Source of the DNA: Mobula hypostoma
Lineage: Eukaryota
Length of the DNA: 64,000 nucleotides
Reading direction: 5' to 3'
Assembly: GCF_963921235.1 (NCBI RefSeq)
Contig: NC_086098.1
Location: 3,534,001 to 3,598,000, forward strand
Part shown: in pieces, positions 61,110 to 64,000 of the stretch
How the letters are laid out: each line of letters begins with the position of its first letter
Numbering within the stretch: the first letter of the stretch is position 1
The notes under the pieces: generated by a model
Databases searched by the model: none
Seen by the model: the letters and a program-made list of their open reading frames with translations, nothing else
What the model was told of the DNA's origin: nothing
Translations under genes and position numbers: made by a program

Positions 61110-61460
61110 AAAATGAGGCCTCCATTGGTCGAGATCAACCATTAATGTTGTGTCCCTGCTGTCTACGTGATATGCAAGCCTGGGCAGTACGATATGGAGA
61201 GCAATCTGATCTGTTCCCCAGTGTAGCAGGCTCCCCCTCTCCATACAGCTGACGAGTCCAAAGGAACAGCAGACACCCATACAGATTGGCACCGGTCAGT
61301 CAGTCAGCATTGAACTCAATGAACTCATTGACTGCCTTAGGGCTCCAGCTCTGAATTTGTCCTCGCTGTTTACTCCCAAGGCCTTCCCAATGAATGGGTA
61401 TGGCCTTAAGGCAGCAGAGGTTTGATATCGGAGTTTTCCTTCTCCTACATGAGCTAACAA
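61110..61460 (-). mobile_element. RTE-derived non-autonomous element inside a Rex1 tail (60940-61670, -)
   Basis: GAGTTTTCCTTCTCCTA, GGCTCCCCCTCTCCA, TTTACTCCC..GCCTTCCC recalled as RTE 5' UTR blocks. Confidence 0.55.
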
Positions 61461-62109
61461 CTTTATTTGTATAATTAAGTAAGTCGTGCACAAAGAGAAC
61501 GAAAATAGTAAGGTAGCGTACATGGCTTCATCGTCTGCTCAGAAATCCGATGGCAGAGGGGAAGAACATGTTCCTAAGATGTTGAGGGTGTGTCTTCAGC
61601 TCTCTGTACCTCTTCCCTAATGGTAGAAATGAGGAAATGTCCTGGGTGATGTGAGCCCTTCTTGATGGACTCAAATCATACTCTTGTTTTTCTTACATAA
61701 TCTAAGCACATGCATTTGCTTGCAAAAACAATGGAATGAAAGATTAGCTTTATTTGTCACTTGCACATTGAACCATACACATGTTGTATATGTCAATGAT
61801 TAACACAGTCCGAGGATGCGCTGGGGGCAGCCCACAAGCGTCACCATGCTTCTGACGTCACTATAGCATGCCCAGAATTTACTAACCCTAACCCAGACAT
61901 CTTTACGTTTCAGGGGCCACACCACATGATCTCCCCTACAGGTGGTACCTTCTGCACATTTCTTATCCTTGGCAATACCTGGTATAAAAGCATTCTCCTC
62001 TACCCTGTCCTAGACCTCACGGTAGTTCTTGGTCATCCATTGTGGCTCAGTCTGAGAGAAATGGGAGTTCAGTGAAAAATACAAATAGCCAAGAGGACCA
62101 CCCATTTGT

Positions 62110-62510
62110 GACATTTGCCAGGAGCATTGTCAACAAAGGGCCCAGCACACTGTTGAGGATCTCTACCACCCTTCCCACAATCTCCTCGACTCACAACCAT
62201 CAGGGAGGAGGTACAGGAGCATCAGGACTAGGACAAACAGACAGGGAAACAGCTTCTTCCCTCAGTTTGTGAAATTAATGACTACTCTGCCACCACCAAG
62301 GTCTCGTCAGGACAGCAAGATGTTTACTGTTTACTGTTTATCTGTGCTGTGCACTATATGCACTTTGAAATATATTTTATTATCTTATTTGTGATAATAT
62401 TTTTGTTTTATGTGCTGCTATGTTTAGTGGGTGCACCATGGTCAGGAGAAATATCGTTTTGTTTGGTTGTACACATGTAGTCAGATGACAATAAACTTGA
62501 ACTTGAAGTC
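62110..62510 (+). mobile_element. Rex1/Babar LINE 3' end
   Basis: PSGRRYRSIRTRTNRQGNSFFPQ; ATAAACTTGAACTTGAA tail. Confidence 0.8.
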
Positions 62511-62519
62511 CCTAAAAGG

Positions 62520-62770
62520 AATCTGTGGACAAGTGTTCTGGCGACGTTACCATGCAGGATCAAGTATATGCTCACATATGCAGTCGTTTGGATGAAACGT
62601 TAAACAGATCATGTCTATTCTCATTAACGGATTGTATCTATTCGTCAGGTGGAGGTAAAATTTTCATAACAACAAAGAACAGCAAGGACATTGCCCTCAA
62701 TAATCTGACCAACATTTAGTGTGGCAGACATCACCAAATCAGATTATGTATTACTTCCCATGTTAAACCT
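62520..62770 (+). mobile_element. Deu-domain SINE relic
   Basis: TGCAGTCGTTTGGATGAAACGTTAAAC and TCAGGTGGAGGTAAAA match the recalled Deu core. Confidence 0.6.
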
Positions 62771-62789
62771 GTGCAGTGGGAACTCAACT

Positions 62790-63400
62790 GACCACACACA
62801 CCAGATACTGGAGCAACACACAGTCTGCTAGAGAAACTCGACCTGCTGACTAACATTCCGACCACACACACCGGATACTGGAGCAACACACACAAAATGC
62901 TGGAGGAACTCAACAGGTCAGGCAGCGTCTGTGGAAATAACTAAACAGCCGATGGTTCAAACCAGATCCATCATCAGGACTGAAAAGGCAGGAGGAAAAA
63001 GCCAGAATAAGAAGGTAGAGGGAGGGGAGTGAGTACAAGCTGGCAGATGATAGGTGAGACCAGGTGAGGGGGAAGGTGATGATGGGGGAGGGAGGATAAG
63101 GTAAACACCTGGGAGGGGTAGGTGGAAATGGCAAAGGGCTGCTTTAGGTACATTTATTGATCACACGCACATCAAAGTGAATGCATCAATTGTGTCAACA
63201 ACCAACACAGCCTGAAGATGTGCTGGGGATAGCCCACAATGGTTGCCACACAACCGGCGTTAACAGAGCACGACCACGAGAAGAAGAAGAAATCCAATAG
63301 GAGAGGACAGTTGGAATAAAGGGAAGGAGAGGGAACTAGAGGGAGGCGATGGGCAGATGATGAGGGCAGGGAAGGGAAAGAGAAGGGCAGTAGGATTCCA
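62790..63400 (-). mobile_element. Neptune-type terminal repeat with duplicated tail, split by a SINE tail (~63170-63270)
   Basis: GACCACACACACC(A/G)GATACTGGAGCAACACAC occurs twice; decayed hammerhead motif at 62946-62982. Confidence 0.7.
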
Positions 63401-63529
63401 CGACCAGAAACAGGTGCAGATTCTGAAGAAGTGCTACTTTCCTGTTCATCTGACTGAAAGCTACTGCAGTCCATTTACATAATAATCACATTTTCCAAGG
63501 CCCCAACAGCTAATAACAACTCTCTTCAT

Positions 63530-64000
63530 GAATAAACTTTTCTTGGGCTTCCAACTGGGTACATATCAATTTTAACAGATGTTTCAATGACAAACCCTGC
63601 CATCTTCATCAGGGATGATGCCTGGGCGTGTCTAGTCCGGTGGTGTTTATATCCCCATTGTCCATCCCTCCTGATTTGTTAGGATCCTTGATCAGGATTC
63701 CACTGTTCCATCTTGTTCTTACTTCGAGCGAGACCTGGGACTCAGGATGGCCGGTGTTTACAGGATTCCCTGTGAATGTGGAGCAGTACATATCCACTGG
63801 ATGGGGCACACAGTGGAAACCCGCATCAAGGAGCACAGGACCTGTATCCATTTGGGTTATCCAGAAAAACCAGCAGTAGTAGAACATTGCATTCGCAAAT
63901 GGCCATGGGATTGACTTCAATGGCACACCAATGGCTTTTGGGACTGCTGGTTGAAGGAAGCCATTGAAATAAAACTAGTGGAAAATAATTTTAACAAAGG
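63530..64000. mobile_element. Penelope/Poseidon-type element: inverted terminal repeat (63530-63736, -) fused to GIY-YIG coding (63732-64000, +)
   Basis: DLGLRMAGVYRIPCECG..TVETRIKEHR..KEAIEIK on +; hammerhead motif at 63575-63614 on -; same family as 34755-35245. Confidence 0.88.

Noticed and set aside
61248..61275. CTGACGAGTCCAAAGGAAC hammerhead-like start
   Set aside because: No GAAA core half follows; it lies in an RTE-like UTR

Overview
Eukaryotic, repeat-dense non-coding DNA (large intron or gene desert). I found no host protein-coding exon, rRNA, tRNA gene or CRISPR array. The repeat repertoire suggests a cartilaginous fish, probably a ray (inference). Most of the window is nested, decayed transposable elements: CR1 LINEs (one ORF1+ORF2 copy split by a second), Rex1/Babar LINE 3' ends, Penelope-like elements of at least three families carrying minimal hammerhead ribozyme motifs, and two restriction-like-endonuclease (REL) non-LTR fragments (Hero; R4/Dong). 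It also holds three solo LTRs with target-site duplications (TSDs), Tc1 deletion derivatives, V-SINEs, relics of ancient LF-SINE-like and Deu-type SINEs, and five minisatellites, two of them clearly born from retroelement coding sequence. The informative ORFs in the track are TE fragments or repeat read-through; the rest look like chance ORFs. Several repeat-free islands look like enhancer or conserved non-coding element (CNE) candidates. Most notable: an arthropod-looking R4/Dong fragment missed by the ORF track; a three-TIR Tc1 derivative that stops right after the DNA-binding domain; 27-bp arrays at retroelement 5' truncation points; an LF-SINE-like relic; and the hammerhead families. Family names come from remembered motifs, not database searches. 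Boundaries are approximate unless a TSD or TIR is quoted.
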